A stretch of 64,000 bases of DNA from a virus. Below the pieces are notes generated by a model, which was given only the letters and a program-made list of their open reading frames with translations, searched no databases and was not told the DNA's origin. Position numbers and translations under genes: made by a program. How positions within the stretch are numbered: the stretch's first letter is position 1; every line of letters begins with the position of its first letter. This document shows, piece by piece, positions 18,938 through 27,427 of the stretch. The DNA lies in IMG/VR virus record IMGVR_UViG_3300045988_146009, positions 4,816-68,815 of that record. One strand, written 5' to 3'.

Positions 18938-19035
18938 TTAGTTTTAGGCGGTTGCCTCGTTACGTGTTTCTTTATAACATTTTTGAGCAGGTAAACAAGG
19001 AAAATGTTCATGCCTTGTGTCATACTTCACTGTTA
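18938..19035 (-). promoter_or_regulatory. copy 2 of the ~90-bp promoter-like cassette (GTATGACACA at 19025-19016)
   Basis: See copy 1. Confidence 0.55.
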
Positions 19036-19040
19036 ATCAG

Positions 19041-19376
19041 TTATGCAGAAAAATTAAAATTTAGCATATCCGGGTGCGTGGTAAATTGTAGTTGTCTATC
19101 CTCAAAAATGACAAATCCTAAGATGTTGCTATCAATACTCATTCTCTTTTTTAACTCTATAGCGAGATTGTGGAGGACGGTATGCCCGCATAAGGTCCAC
19201 GCTAGCATTGCGTGGCTTACAAGCTCCCCTGCATCATTCCGGGTTATGGGGTGGATGTGGATGCCTTGTCTTCCAACGTCATCATACAAGTCCCACAACA
19301 TAAATTGGTTATCATACACAATGCAATCCGGGAAAATCTCCTTCAAATCCTGCAAATATTCTTTTATTTCTTTCAT
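19041..19376 (-). CDS. hypothetical protein (His-rich motifs)
   Basis: 111 aa with HIHPITRNDAGELVSH and GHTVLH motifs. Confidence 0.45.
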   Translation of the reverse strand: MKEIKEYLQDLKEIFPDCIVYDNQFMLWDLYDDVGRQGIHIHPITRNDAGELVSHAMLAWTLCGHTVLHNLAIELKKRMSIDSNILGFVIFEDRQLQFTTHPDMLNFNFSA

Positions 19377-19403
19377 GGTTCTATGTCTTTCTAATTTAGG
19401 GGT

Positions 19404-19739
19404 TTAAACTAAGTCAATAGCGCGTAAAAACAAACGCTTGTCATGGTCAAAATAGGTCCACCCGTACTTTCCGAGGTTGTATCCGGCTACTTTCCTATCT
19501 CCATGTATCCGGTGAGGCATCCATTCGACACTGATATTTTCTTCCCCTACCCCGTGGATGACGGCATGAGTTCCTTCCTCCATCAATTCCCGGAGGGTTC
19601 CGAAACGGACAAAACTGCGGGCAACTTGGTAGTGTGTATGACCTTCCTTTTTGTAATACTCTTCTGCAAACTTATGCAGGCCCTTGCTTGGTTTTTGTAT
19701 GATTATCATTGTTTTATGTCTTTCCAGTTTATTTTCCAA
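19404..19739 (-). CDS. hypothetical protein (His-rich motifs)
   Basis: 111 aa with GHTHYQ and THAVIHGVGEEN motifs. A 27-nt spacer carrying the conserved upstream element separates it from the downstream gene. Confidence 0.45.
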   Translation of the reverse strand: MENKLERHKTMIIIQKPSKGLHKFAEEYYKKEGHTHYQVARSFVRFGTLRELMEEGTHAVIHGVGEENISVEWMPHRIHGDRKVAGYNLGKYGWTYFDHDKRLFLRAIDLV

Positions 19740-19950
19740 GGGATATTTTAGTAAGGGCCTCCCTCATTTTCTCCATGCTAGCGGCGTATATAAAATGACG
19801 CACAAGGGGAGTTGCATCCGTGCGGGTTGCAAGATAACCTAACCCTGTTTTATCAATCCAATAAGGCACTGATTCCAGAGTTATCCTTGCCCCTTCTGCC
19901 CCTAATTTTTCCAGCTCCAATAGTGCTTTTAAATCGTTGGATGTTAACAT
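19729..19950 (-). CDS. hypothetical small protein (start trimmed)
   Basis: The ORF-track start at 20016 falls inside the repeated cassette. The Met at 19950 is preceded by CTAAAATAGAAAGATACAAGAAA, as in other genes of this block. Confidence 0.4.
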   Translation of the reverse strand: MLTSNDLKALLELEKLGAEGARITLESVPYWIDKTGLGYLATRTDATPLVRHFIYAASMEKMREALTKISLGK

Positions 19951-19967
19951 TTTCTTGTATCTTTCTA

Positions 19968-20080
19968 TTTTAGTTCGTTGCTTGGTTGGTTGTAGGGTTG
20001 TGTTCCCCTTACGCATTCTTTATAGCATCTTTGAGCAGGGGCACAAGCGTTTTATTTCACGTTTGTGTCATACAAAATTG
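19968..20080 (-). promoter_or_regulatory. copy 3 of the ~90-bp promoter-like cassette (GTATGACACA at 20075-20066)
   Basis: See copy 1. The second copy of the 14-bp palindrome (20080-20093) follows immediately. Confidence 0.55.
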
Positions 20081-20096
20081 TTCCACGTGGAACTTT

Positions 20097-20789
20097 TTAT
20101 CTCTCCGCATGTTCTTTTACCTTGTCACGTTTAACCAACGGCAAGACGGGAGGAAACACCCCGCTTGCGTAGTCCTCCCGGCTAACTCCCTGCCAAGCAT
20201 AACCTTTGTATGTAGGCTGACGGCGTTTTACTACGTTGTTAATTCCAGCCGCTAACCCCTTTACCGCCCGCGCCGCATCCCAGTAACTAGGATACATGGT
20301 GATAGGCTCCAGGGTTTCCCGGTTTATCTGCATGACGGGCCGCGCGGATTTGTGCAATCCCTTTTCAATGTTCCCCTTCAATGTCTTTTTCCGTTTTTTC
20401 ACGCAGTTACCGTAACGTATGTTTTCCCGGTGAGTACACCATTGCAGATTCTCCGCACGGTTGTTCATGGGGTTTTCATCTAAATGGTTTACATCTAACT
20501 CGCTTATTTTGTACCCTTTAAGATGCGCGCCTAACGGCACAAACGCACCCGCAACAAGGCGATGAACATAATATTTATAGTGCCATCCTCCCTTTTCATC
20601 CAGCAAGGGAACATATTTATAACCGTTCCGGCTAGTCTGGATGCGTAAAAGCCTGTTGACAAGCTTGCTCCACACCGCGCCCATGTTACTCACAAGGTAC
20701 AATTCCCTGCAACCTTTCAGCGGTACAGGTTCCCACAGTTCCCCCGGTCTAGTACATTCAGCTAGTGTCTTCTTCTCCTTCTTCTTCAC
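20097..20789 (-). CDS. free-standing HNH homing endonuclease
   Basis: ELDVNHLDENPMNNRAENLQWCTHRENIRYGN is a classic HNH_3 His-Asn-Asn-His core. The N-terminal region resembles the NUMOD4/AP2-like DNA-binding part. Confidence 0.75.
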   Translation of the reverse strand: MKKKEKKTLAECTRPGELWEPVPLKGCRELYLVSNMGAVWSKLVNRLLRIQTSRNGYKYVPLLDEKGGWHYKYYVHRLVAGAFVPLGAHLKGYKISELDVNHLDENPMNNRAENLQWCTHRENIRYGNCVKKRKKTLKGNIEKGLHKSARPVMQINRETLEPITMYPSYWDAARAVKGLAAGINNVVKRRQPTYKGYAWQGVSREDYASGVFPPVLPLVKRDKVKEHAER

Positions 20790-20974
20790 TTATCAATCCC
20801 TTTCCTGCTTTTAATCCCTTTCAATTTCTCTCCTAATTCTTTAAGCCGCGCTTCTTCTTCCGTAAGCTTTCGATTCCCCTGCTTAATCCCTCGGTTTATG
20901 CGCCTAAAATCCTCGGAGAGTTTATCCAGTTTCCGCCTCAACTCTATAAACTGTTCGGTACTGTTAATTGCCAT
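20786..20974 (-). CDS. small coiled-coil protein
   Basis: 62-aa ORF, ATGA-coupled to the HNH gene, Lys/Glu/Arg-rich helix. Confidence 0.35.
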   Translation of the reverse strand: MAINSTEQFIELRRKLDKLSEDFRRINRGIKQGNRKLTEEEARLKELGEKLKGIKSRKGIDK

Positions 20975-21399
20975 GTCTCCTTTATATAGTAGGCACGCCG
21001 TTTTTCAAGCTTTTTGTGCGCCATTTCCCCGCTTTTCAAGCTTTTTATAGTGTACCGCAATTGTTGCGTTAGCCCTAAAAACTGCACCATTACTGTTACT
21101 TTTGGCTTTCTTTGGACTTTCTCCCGAATTCCTTCGCACAGAAAGGGGCCTATAAGGGCCTTTTGAGCAGGGAGCCTTACTATTATACCCGGCGATTTTG
21201 CCCGCCCGTATACGCAAACCTCATGCGTTTTATTTTCGCCAATTCCGCACTTTTCGCCCTAAACGTACTAAGTGCACCTAAAATGGTACATAAATCATCC
21301 ATTCGTAACGGAAAGAGTACTATTCACTTTTTATACAACTGTATACATTCTGGCATTTCGTACCGTTATAGGTACTGGTTCGTATCATTTCCGTGCTAT

Positions 21400-22100
21400 A
21401 CGCCCTAAACGGTCTTCCCGTTCGTGTAGGGAGTAATGGGCATTTCGTCCTTTTCGTTCGTGTAGGGCGTGGAGTCTGCTACGTCATTCCGGTCCATGTA
21501 GTGCATTCCGTTCACTTCGTTCTTCCGTCCTTCTGGTCCATGTAGTTCGATTAGGGCGTGTAGTGCGTATAGCTCCATCTAGGGCATTCCATCCTTTCAG
21601 TCCCTATAGTTCGATTAAGGCATTCCGTTCACTTCGTCCTTTAAGTCCGTATAGTGCGTTTAGTGCGTTTAGTGCGTTTAGAGTTTTACATTTTTGTAAA
21701 ATATCAACATATCATGATGTGTAAATATGTTGTTTCCTATTGACCCCTTCACTACATATCGGGGCATATAATGGGAGAGACACACTATATGTAGTGTTCT
21801 CTGCTCTATCAGGCACCAATCATTTTGACGAATATCAAAATGTAAAACTAAAAATTTATACGTTTGAGAGGTTTTGTATAAAGATTATATACACTTGTAT
21901 ACAAAGTGAGAGTAAAAGGTATTTGTTTCCCATTGGCACCATACATCATGTAGTGCCTATTGGTTACGGGAACACTACATACAGGAGTCATGATAACATA
22001 TCTACATATCATGATATGATGATGTTTTACATTTTTGTAAAACTAAAAGGAGAGAAGCCTCTTCTGTTTCCTATTGACCCCTTTATATTTCAGAGCAGGG
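21400..22100. repeat. iteron / palindrome-rich control region (candidate replication origin)
   Basis: Direct repeats TTCGTTCGTGTAGGG (21416, 21463) and GCATTCCGTTCACTTCGT (21513, 21620). Tandem 10-mer TAGTGCGTTT x3 (21652-21681). Recurring ATGTAGTG. Palindrome TTTTACATTTTTGTAAAA at 21685 and 22026. TGTTTCCTATTGACCCCTT at 21730 and 22065. CATATCATGAT at 21708 and 22004. Inverted repeat CACTACATAT...ATATGTAGTG at 21750-21796. Confidence 0.6.
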
Positions 22101-22339
22101 AAATTCCAACACTCCGGACTTCACGCACTAAACGTCACTTTACGTTCTAAGTCAACACGTTACGCATATCCGCAACCGATTAGGCATTACAAACGTTTCT
22201 CGAAATTATCTCTTAAAAAACAAATGTTATTTCATAGTACGTATTGATTATTAGGGACTTACGTTTTCAATGTCGTACATAAACGTAATGATAATATTAG
22301 TTCAGAAAGGTACGCTATCGGCGTAGAATACAATAAGCC

Positions 22340-22720
22340 CCCTGAAAAAGGTACTTGAATCGGTGCATTTCGAGCGTGAAAATCGCTTAGAACGTGAAGG
22401 ACACCACGACGGTGACTCCCCCTTCGAGCGTAACGCGCTCATTAGTAAATCATTAGGTCACATTTTTCCGGAAATGGGGTTTCTGCTTTTTCAAAATGGG
22501 CCCCATGCCGAGGGGACACCACGGGTCTCGATTGCCTTTTCCTGCTCCGGCGTGGGCCTAAAATAGGCGAGAGGGGGTACGTATGGACAGACTGTACGTG
22601 AACGGGGGTGTGAGGGGCCTTCTATGGGCCTACGCATAGGTGAGTGCGGTTGAGGTCATTTAGCCCGGAAGGTCCATATTGGGATGGAAATTCCTGAACT
22701 ATTTTCATAACTGCCTCAGT
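22340..22720. other. GC-rich non-coding island with internal direct repeats (possible structured RNA or protein-binding array)
   Basis: No credible ORF (the 67-aa ORF at 22363-22566 is low-complexity). Repeats: GGACACCACG x2, TTCGAGCGT x2, TGGGCCTA...ATAGGYGAG x2. Local GC is much higher than the flanking DNA. Confidence 0.35.
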
Positions 22721-22789
22721 GATAATCATTTTATGGAGCAGGGAAGTCCAAATAATCCGATTGTGTGATGATGTGTATATTTTGAATAC

Positions 22790-23005
22790 GAGATAACTTC
22801 ACTCTCCAGGTTACGCCCTAAATCCTTAATTTTTAATAATATATAAATACTGTGTACTATGTAATATCTAATTACTATATAGAGGTATAAAAATATTTAT
22901 TATTTAATATAAAAATAATACCAAAAAAGAAAAGAAGAAAAGACGAAATTGAAAAAGTAAAAAAAAATAATTCTAGGTCTATATGGGGGAGGGGGGAATA
23001 ACAAC
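22790..23005. other. extremely AT-rich tract (about 85% A+T) ending in a G-tract (GGGGGAGGGGGG), a DNA-unwinding-element candidate
   Basis: Visible base composition. Contains A9 and A6 runs. Confidence 0.5.
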
Positions 23006-23358
23006 ACACACTATGCCCCTTTTTTTCACTGCTTGTATTTACATATTAAAGGGTTATGGTGTGAAAAGACACGTAAATATCGTGAATACGCATCTGCACA
23101 CTTTTTGATACAGTAACACAAGTTTTCACCACGTTATCCCAAATTTATACCTGTTTTAACCCCATTTTGTACATTACCATTATATCTTGGGATATTCTGT
23201 TATTCTCTAAAAAACACCAAATCGAATCGCCCTACACGCCCTAATCGTACCTAAGCGGACCCTATCGCACTCCACGTTCTCTACGTCCTCTTCCTCCCAA
23301 AACCCCCTCTTCGCCCCTCTCCTCCCCAACTTTTTCTCTCCGCACACGCAAATTTAGG

Positions 23359-23387
23359 TTGACTCTTTCTCTGCTACCTGCTATATC
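23359..23387 (+). promoter_or_regulatory. candidate sigma70-type promoter (TTGACT, 17-nt spacer, TATATC) about 80 nt upstream of the primase-helicase gene, inside a polypyrimidine tract
   Basis: The sequence is visible, but its relevance depends on the host sigma factor. Confidence 0.25.
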
Positions 23388-23466
23388 TCTCCCACACGCG
23401 AAGGACCTGTTTTACCCCTTCGCACCACCAAATGCCACATCCTATGTGGCCAAACACTAATCGAAC

Positions 23467-26400
23467 ATGAACCCCGTAGAATACGATAAGCCCACTTCGG
23501 GCGGTACGGACCTGACCATTGTAGCCTTGTCTGCTCAGTCATGGTCCACCTGTTATAGACGGAATACAGCCCGCCGAGCCCATGTGGGGAGTTGTAAAAA
23601 CCCCGCACTTCTCCCATTTTCCAAGCTGGCAAGCTTCCTGCAAAGTGGAGATAACCATAATCTTTCCCTGCTCGAAGAAGTAAGCAATCAAATTTCAGTA
23701 CACTACTGTATCTCAAATGGTATTAAACCTGACGAAGTTGAGGGCATTTTGCCGGACGGGGTGTACAGTTATGGCTTGAAAAGCTTGAGCGGGATGGAAA
23801 AAGAGGAGGCGGCGAAGATTTCAAAAGCCCACCTCCCGGCTATTGTCCCCTCTGTTATTTTCGACCCTTCCTACAGCTATGCCGACATGTCCCCGAAGAA
23901 AGCCGTCTCCTACTACGGCGAAAGCTGGAAGCATACCGGAGTCTTCGGATTTGACATTGACCTGGGCAAGGACGGCAACACGGACGATGCGGACGAGTTG
24001 TACGATATGGGCGTTTCTTTCTTTTCCACCCTGCCGGGCTTCCTGCTCCTGTTCCGCAGTCCCAGCGGTGGATTGAAGGTGCTCATACAGGTAGACGGAG
24101 CTACGCGGGTTCGGTTGAACGAAGGAAGTAACGAAGGAAGAATTGCGTTGCACAAGGCCATCTACAAGCGGATTAGCGAGGGGATTAACGAGAGTGCCCC
24201 GTTTATTCTTGATTCCCGCACCAACGATGTAGCCCGGATTCAGTACCTTTACCGGGAACCGGGCTACGTATATGTACCATCCGAATTAGATTCGAATGGT
24301 ACATACTCGGGGTTGGGCCATTGGGATGCACGGGATATTTATGCGGAGAAGGATGCGGATTCCCTCCATTTGCTGGACGAAGAAAACCGAAAGGCTTTGC
24401 CTTCCAGCTTGTTGGGCTTTATATCCTACCTGCACGATACGGGCTACACGAACTACGCGGAGCACCTGGAAGGTAATCTCGTAGGGTATGCGGACGGGTT
24501 CAAGTGTTCCTGCCCCTGCTGTGTTGAAGAAGCGGGAGGGCAGGTAGGCAATATGGACTTGTGGTTCATACCGGGCGACGGGGACATGAATACGTGGAGA
24601 GTGACCTGCTTCCATGAGAGCTGTAAGACCGGGAAGGGCACTAAGACCGGGAAGGACATTACCAGCATGGCCGAGCTATACCGCGGGTATGAGAGCTATT
24701 TAAGCGAGAAGGTAAGCAACCTAACTAGCGAAGCGGTAGCCTCGGCGAAGGAAAAAGAAAAGGAGCCGGAAGAAGGGGAAGAAAATATAGCGTTCGATTA
24801 CATGCGGGACTACATTACCTCCCTGCTCCAATCCAACAGCAAGACCCGTTACCGGGTGAACCCTCCTTACAGCACTGAGCAGATACTTGAGGGCGCGAAG
24901 CCCTGGGCTGGCAAGCTTATCATGGAAGAATATACCGTGAAGAGCAAGGGCCGCCCGAAGAAGGGAGAAGAAGGAGAAGAGGGCGGCGAGAAGAAGGAAA
25001 GGCCCGCGATTTGCCGGGAGAACCTTGAAATCATCCTTGCTGAATGCTTTGACATCTTCGTTACCTACAATACTGTTTCCCAGGAATACTGGGCGATTGA
25101 TACCAAGAACAGGTACGTATCCAACTGCTATAGTATCGACCAGTTCCGGAAACCGCTGGCCTATGCTGTTCATGAGTTCGTGTACAAGCCGTTCGGGGTA
25201 GCCTACGGGATGGTGGATGTTGAGCTTGAACGCGCCCTTCCAGTCATCGGCAATAGCCATTACTTCAATCCATTCCTGAAAATGATTGAGTATGATGATT
25301 GGGATGGGAAGGAGGACCGGGTGGGGAGGTTTATTGACATCCTCATTTCGGCGGTTGACCCGGCGTGGAGCCTTGATGGTGGAAGCGGAGAACTTCTGAA
25401 CAAGATAAAGGCAGACATCGAACGGGACCCGAAGGGGGCTGAGAAGATTGGTTTGACCGAAGCCCTGGTGGACCCGAAGGAATACACGAGGGAGGTGATG
25501 AAGACATTCCTCGTTTGTGCCTACCGGAAATACATACATGGTTGCGAACCCCACATGTACACCAAGGCCGAGGAGCACGACAACATGTGCCCTGTAATTT
25601 ATGGTGAGCAGGGGGTGGGGAAGAACACGCTGATTGAAAGTCTTGTTACCGTGCTTGGTGAAGGCTATCTGTGGAACCCTTCCGGCCTCCGTGACATCAG
25701 TGGGGATAACAAGGACAACAACATGAAGGCTTCCTCCTGCCTTATTGCCCACCTGGACGAAGTGGACAAGTATACTGAGGGGGAAGAAGCGATTAGCACG
25801 TTGAAGCAGGTCATCACGAGCAAGACCAACAAGATTCGTCTTCCTTTTGCCCGGCACTTGCAGGACCTCCCTGTAAAAGTCAGCTATATCGGAAGTACGA
25901 ACAAGAGTGCTTTCCTGCTTGATGCCAGCGGAAACCGACGCTTCGCTACCATCATCACCAAGGGGGGCTACAACATGAATGAAATCCAGTGGCTACGTGC
26001 TACCAACATCTGGCCCCAGGTAAAACGGATGGCGGAAGAAGACGAGAACGTAGGCCGCTACGGGTGGTACAAGCTACAGAAGATAACCGAGCATAACAAC
26101 TCAACGAACGTAATGAGCGAAGGGACCGATGTGGCCTTACTGGAACTTCTGGTTGATGCCAGCGACATCATGGATACCAAGGGCCACATTCTTCTTCGTC
26201 ACGTTAGTCAGGAGTTCTCCAACTACACGACAATCCTGGAGACCCTACGCTCTATGCAAGGGTCTACCAAGCGTGTTACCCGGAACGATGTAATGAGATT
26301 TACGAACGACATCATCAAAAAGTACGAGTTGAGCGATAGGTCCGATTTGTACAAGAGGGTCCGAAAGACTCTTTCCGGCAAACGCCCAGGTTCCACTATC

Positions 26401-26487
26401 AGCAAGGTTGTCAACCAACCCTCCTTCATCCCTGCTTTCCTGTATGAAGAGATGGTCGCCGAAGGCTTGGCACCGAGAATACGCTAA
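23467..26487 (+). CDS. DNA primase-helicase: AEP-like primase region + Cys4 zinc-binding motif + SF3/D5-type NTPase
   Basis: 1006 aa. Zinc motif CSCPCC...CFHESC. Walker A VIYGEQGVGKNT, Walker B IAHLDEVDK, SF3 motif C YIGSTNKSAF. Possible catalytic acid cluster FGFDIDLGKDG upstream. Confidence 0.6.
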   Translation: MNPVEYDKPTSGGTDLTIVALSAQSWSTCYRRNTARRAHVGSCKNPALLPFSKLASFLQSGDNHNLSLLEEVSNQISVHYCISNGIKPDEVEGILPDGVYSYGLKSLSGMEKEEAAKISKAHLPAIVPSVIFDPSYSYADMSPKKAVSYYGESWKHTGVFGFDIDLGKDGNTDDADELYDMGVSFFSTLPGFLLLFRSPSGGLKVLIQVDGATRVRLNEGSNEGRIALHKAIYKRISEGINESAPFILDSRTNDVARIQYLYREPGYVYVPSELDSNGTYSGLGHWDARDIYAEKDADSLHLLDEENRKALPSSLLGFISYLHDTGYTNYAEHLEGNLVGYADGFKCSCPCCVEEAGGQVGNMDLWFIPGDGDMNTWRVTCFHESCKTGKGTKTGKDITSMAELYRGYESYLSEKVSNLTSEAVASAKEKEKEPEEGEENIAFDYMRDYITSLLQSNSKTRYRVNPPYSTEQILEGAKPWAGKLIMEEYTVKSKGRPKKGEEGEEGGEKKERPAICRENLEIILAECFDIFVTYNTVSQEYWAIDTKNRYVSNCYSIDQFRKPLAYAVHEFVYKPFGVAYGMVDVELERALPVIGNSHYFNPFLKMIEYDDWDGKEDRVGRFIDILISAVDPAWSLDGGSGELLNKIKADIERDPKGAEKIGLTEALVDPKEYTREVMKTFLVCAYRKYIHGCEPHMYTKAEEHDNMCPVIYGEQGVGKNTLIESLVTVLGEGYLWNPSGLRDISGDNKDNNMKASSCLIAHLDEVDKYTEGEEAISTLKQVITSKTNKIRLPFARHLQDLPVKVSYIGSTNKSAFLLDASGNRRFATIITKGGYNMNEIQWLRATNIWPQVKRMAEEDENVGRYGWYKLQKITEHNNSTNVMSEGTDVALLELLVDASDIMDTKGHILLRHVSQEFSNYTTILETLRSMQGSTKRVTRNDVMRFTNDIIKKYELSDRSDLYKRVRKTLSGKRPGSTISKVVNQPSFIPAFLYEEMVAEGLAPRIR

Positions 26488-26521
26488 AAGCTACCTAACC
26501 CACCATAAACGATACTTAACA

Positions 26522-26830
26522 ATGAACACGAACACAAAACGAACAATTCCAGAACAATTCATTCGGGACGGCTACGTATCCACCCTGCTCAAGAGGGACG
26601 GGAATGTGGCCATGTACGAATGCCGCGGCCAGGAAACCGACGTAAAATTCTTCGAGGTTGTGAAAGTCCGCCGTCACACCAGGGACAAACTGGACTTCAA
26701 CATCCACGAGGGGGACGAATATCTTCCCTCCGCCCGTGAGTGGGGAACCTACGGTTGGACCTTTACGGACAAACCGAGAGCGAAAAACAAGTACAAAAAG
26801 GAGGTGAAGAAAGAACAGGAACAAGCCTAA
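26522..26830 (+). CDS. hypothetical protein
   Basis: 102 aa from the first ATG after the primase stop. The ORF-track start at 26408 would overlap the primase gene by 80 nt. Confidence 0.45.
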   Translation: MNTNTKRTIPEQFIRDGYVSTLLKRDGNVAMYECRGQETDVKFFEVVKVRRHTRDKLDFNIHEGDEYLPSAREWGTYGWTFTDKPRAKNKYKKEVKKEQEQA

Positions 26831-26979
26831 TCTCTTCTATTCGATAGTGTTAGCCCCAGGTAGCCCATGTTGGTTGCCTGGGGCCCCTTTGTATACGCAT
26901 AGGTTTATGCGTATATAGTATGACAAAAAGGATGGAGATTGTTCTTGAAATAATGACTACGCGGTGGTAGGGTCTGTTC

Positions 26980-27150
26980 ATGGACACAGAACAAGATGAA
27001 TGGAAATCCTGCACGACTTGCGCTTATGCCATCTGGCCAGGAGCTTCCTACCCCTGCTCGGTTTGCAACTATAAGGACATGTGGGTTCCACAGGAAGGGG
27101 ACGGGGACGAAGAAGATTCCAAACATGGGGGTGAAGCCGAGTACGAATAA
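26980..27150 (+). CDS. small zinc-ribbon protein (not in ORF track, 56 aa)
   Basis: MDTEQDEWKSCTTCAYAIW...CSVCNYKDMW has two CxxC pairs and an acidic C-terminus. Confidence 0.4.
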   Translation: MDTEQDEWKSCTTCAYAIWPGASYPCSVCNYKDMWVPQEGDGDEEDSKHGGEAEYE

Positions 27151-27192
27151 AAGCTAAATATTATACAGTAAAAACTTACACCTGTCAAGCCA

Positions 27193-27426
27193 ATGGGTAT
27201 GAATAATAAAATCTTCGCATGCTTCAAATGTCATCTCTATTTTACGCACGACGACTATGCTGTTGTTAACCACGAAAAGTGCCCAGTATGCTCTGCCAAA
27301 TTGGTAGCTTTAAACCCGGTTCAAATCAGTTGTGATACTTGCTTGCATATAGCTAGAAGAATAACGGAATCTCCGTGCAATAGATGCTTCGCAAAAGAAG
27401 ACTATGAATTTTGGGTCCCGAATTAA
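27193..27426 (+). CDS. small zinc-ribbon protein
   Basis: CFKCHLYF...CPVCSAKL...CDTC...CNRC: four CxxC pairs in 77 aa. Confidence 0.5.
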   Translation: MGMNNKIFACFKCHLYFTHDDYAVVNHEKCPVCSAKLVALNPVQISCDTCLHIARRITESPCNRCFAKEDYEFWVPN

Positions 27427-27427
27427 A

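Noticed and set aside
19041-19739. Two adjacent 111-aa His-rich ORFs as a split metallophosphoesterase
   Set aside because: The GHTH/GDxHG-like fragments occur in the wrong order for the calcineurin-like fold. The 27-nt spacer carries a normal upstream element, so these are two genuine small genes.
21652-21681. Tandem TAGTGCGTTT x3 considered as a mini CRISPR-like array
   Set aside because: Contiguous 10-bp repeats with no spacers. This is an iteron-type tandem repeat, not a CRISPR.
22363-22566. 67-aa ORF in the control region. The 21005-21217, 21112-21408 and 21740-22150 ORFs are similar.
   Set aside because: They lie in repeat-dense non-coding DNA and give low-complexity or repeat-derived translations. 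The region is better interpreted as origin / regulatory / possible ncRNA.
21000-23460. Search for tRNA genes in the long non-coding regions (also 26830-27190, 45119-45328)
   Set aside because: No GTTCRANYC T-loop / acceptor-stem pattern or cloverleaf-compatible inverted repeats found by eye. tRNAscan-SE should be run, but I report none.
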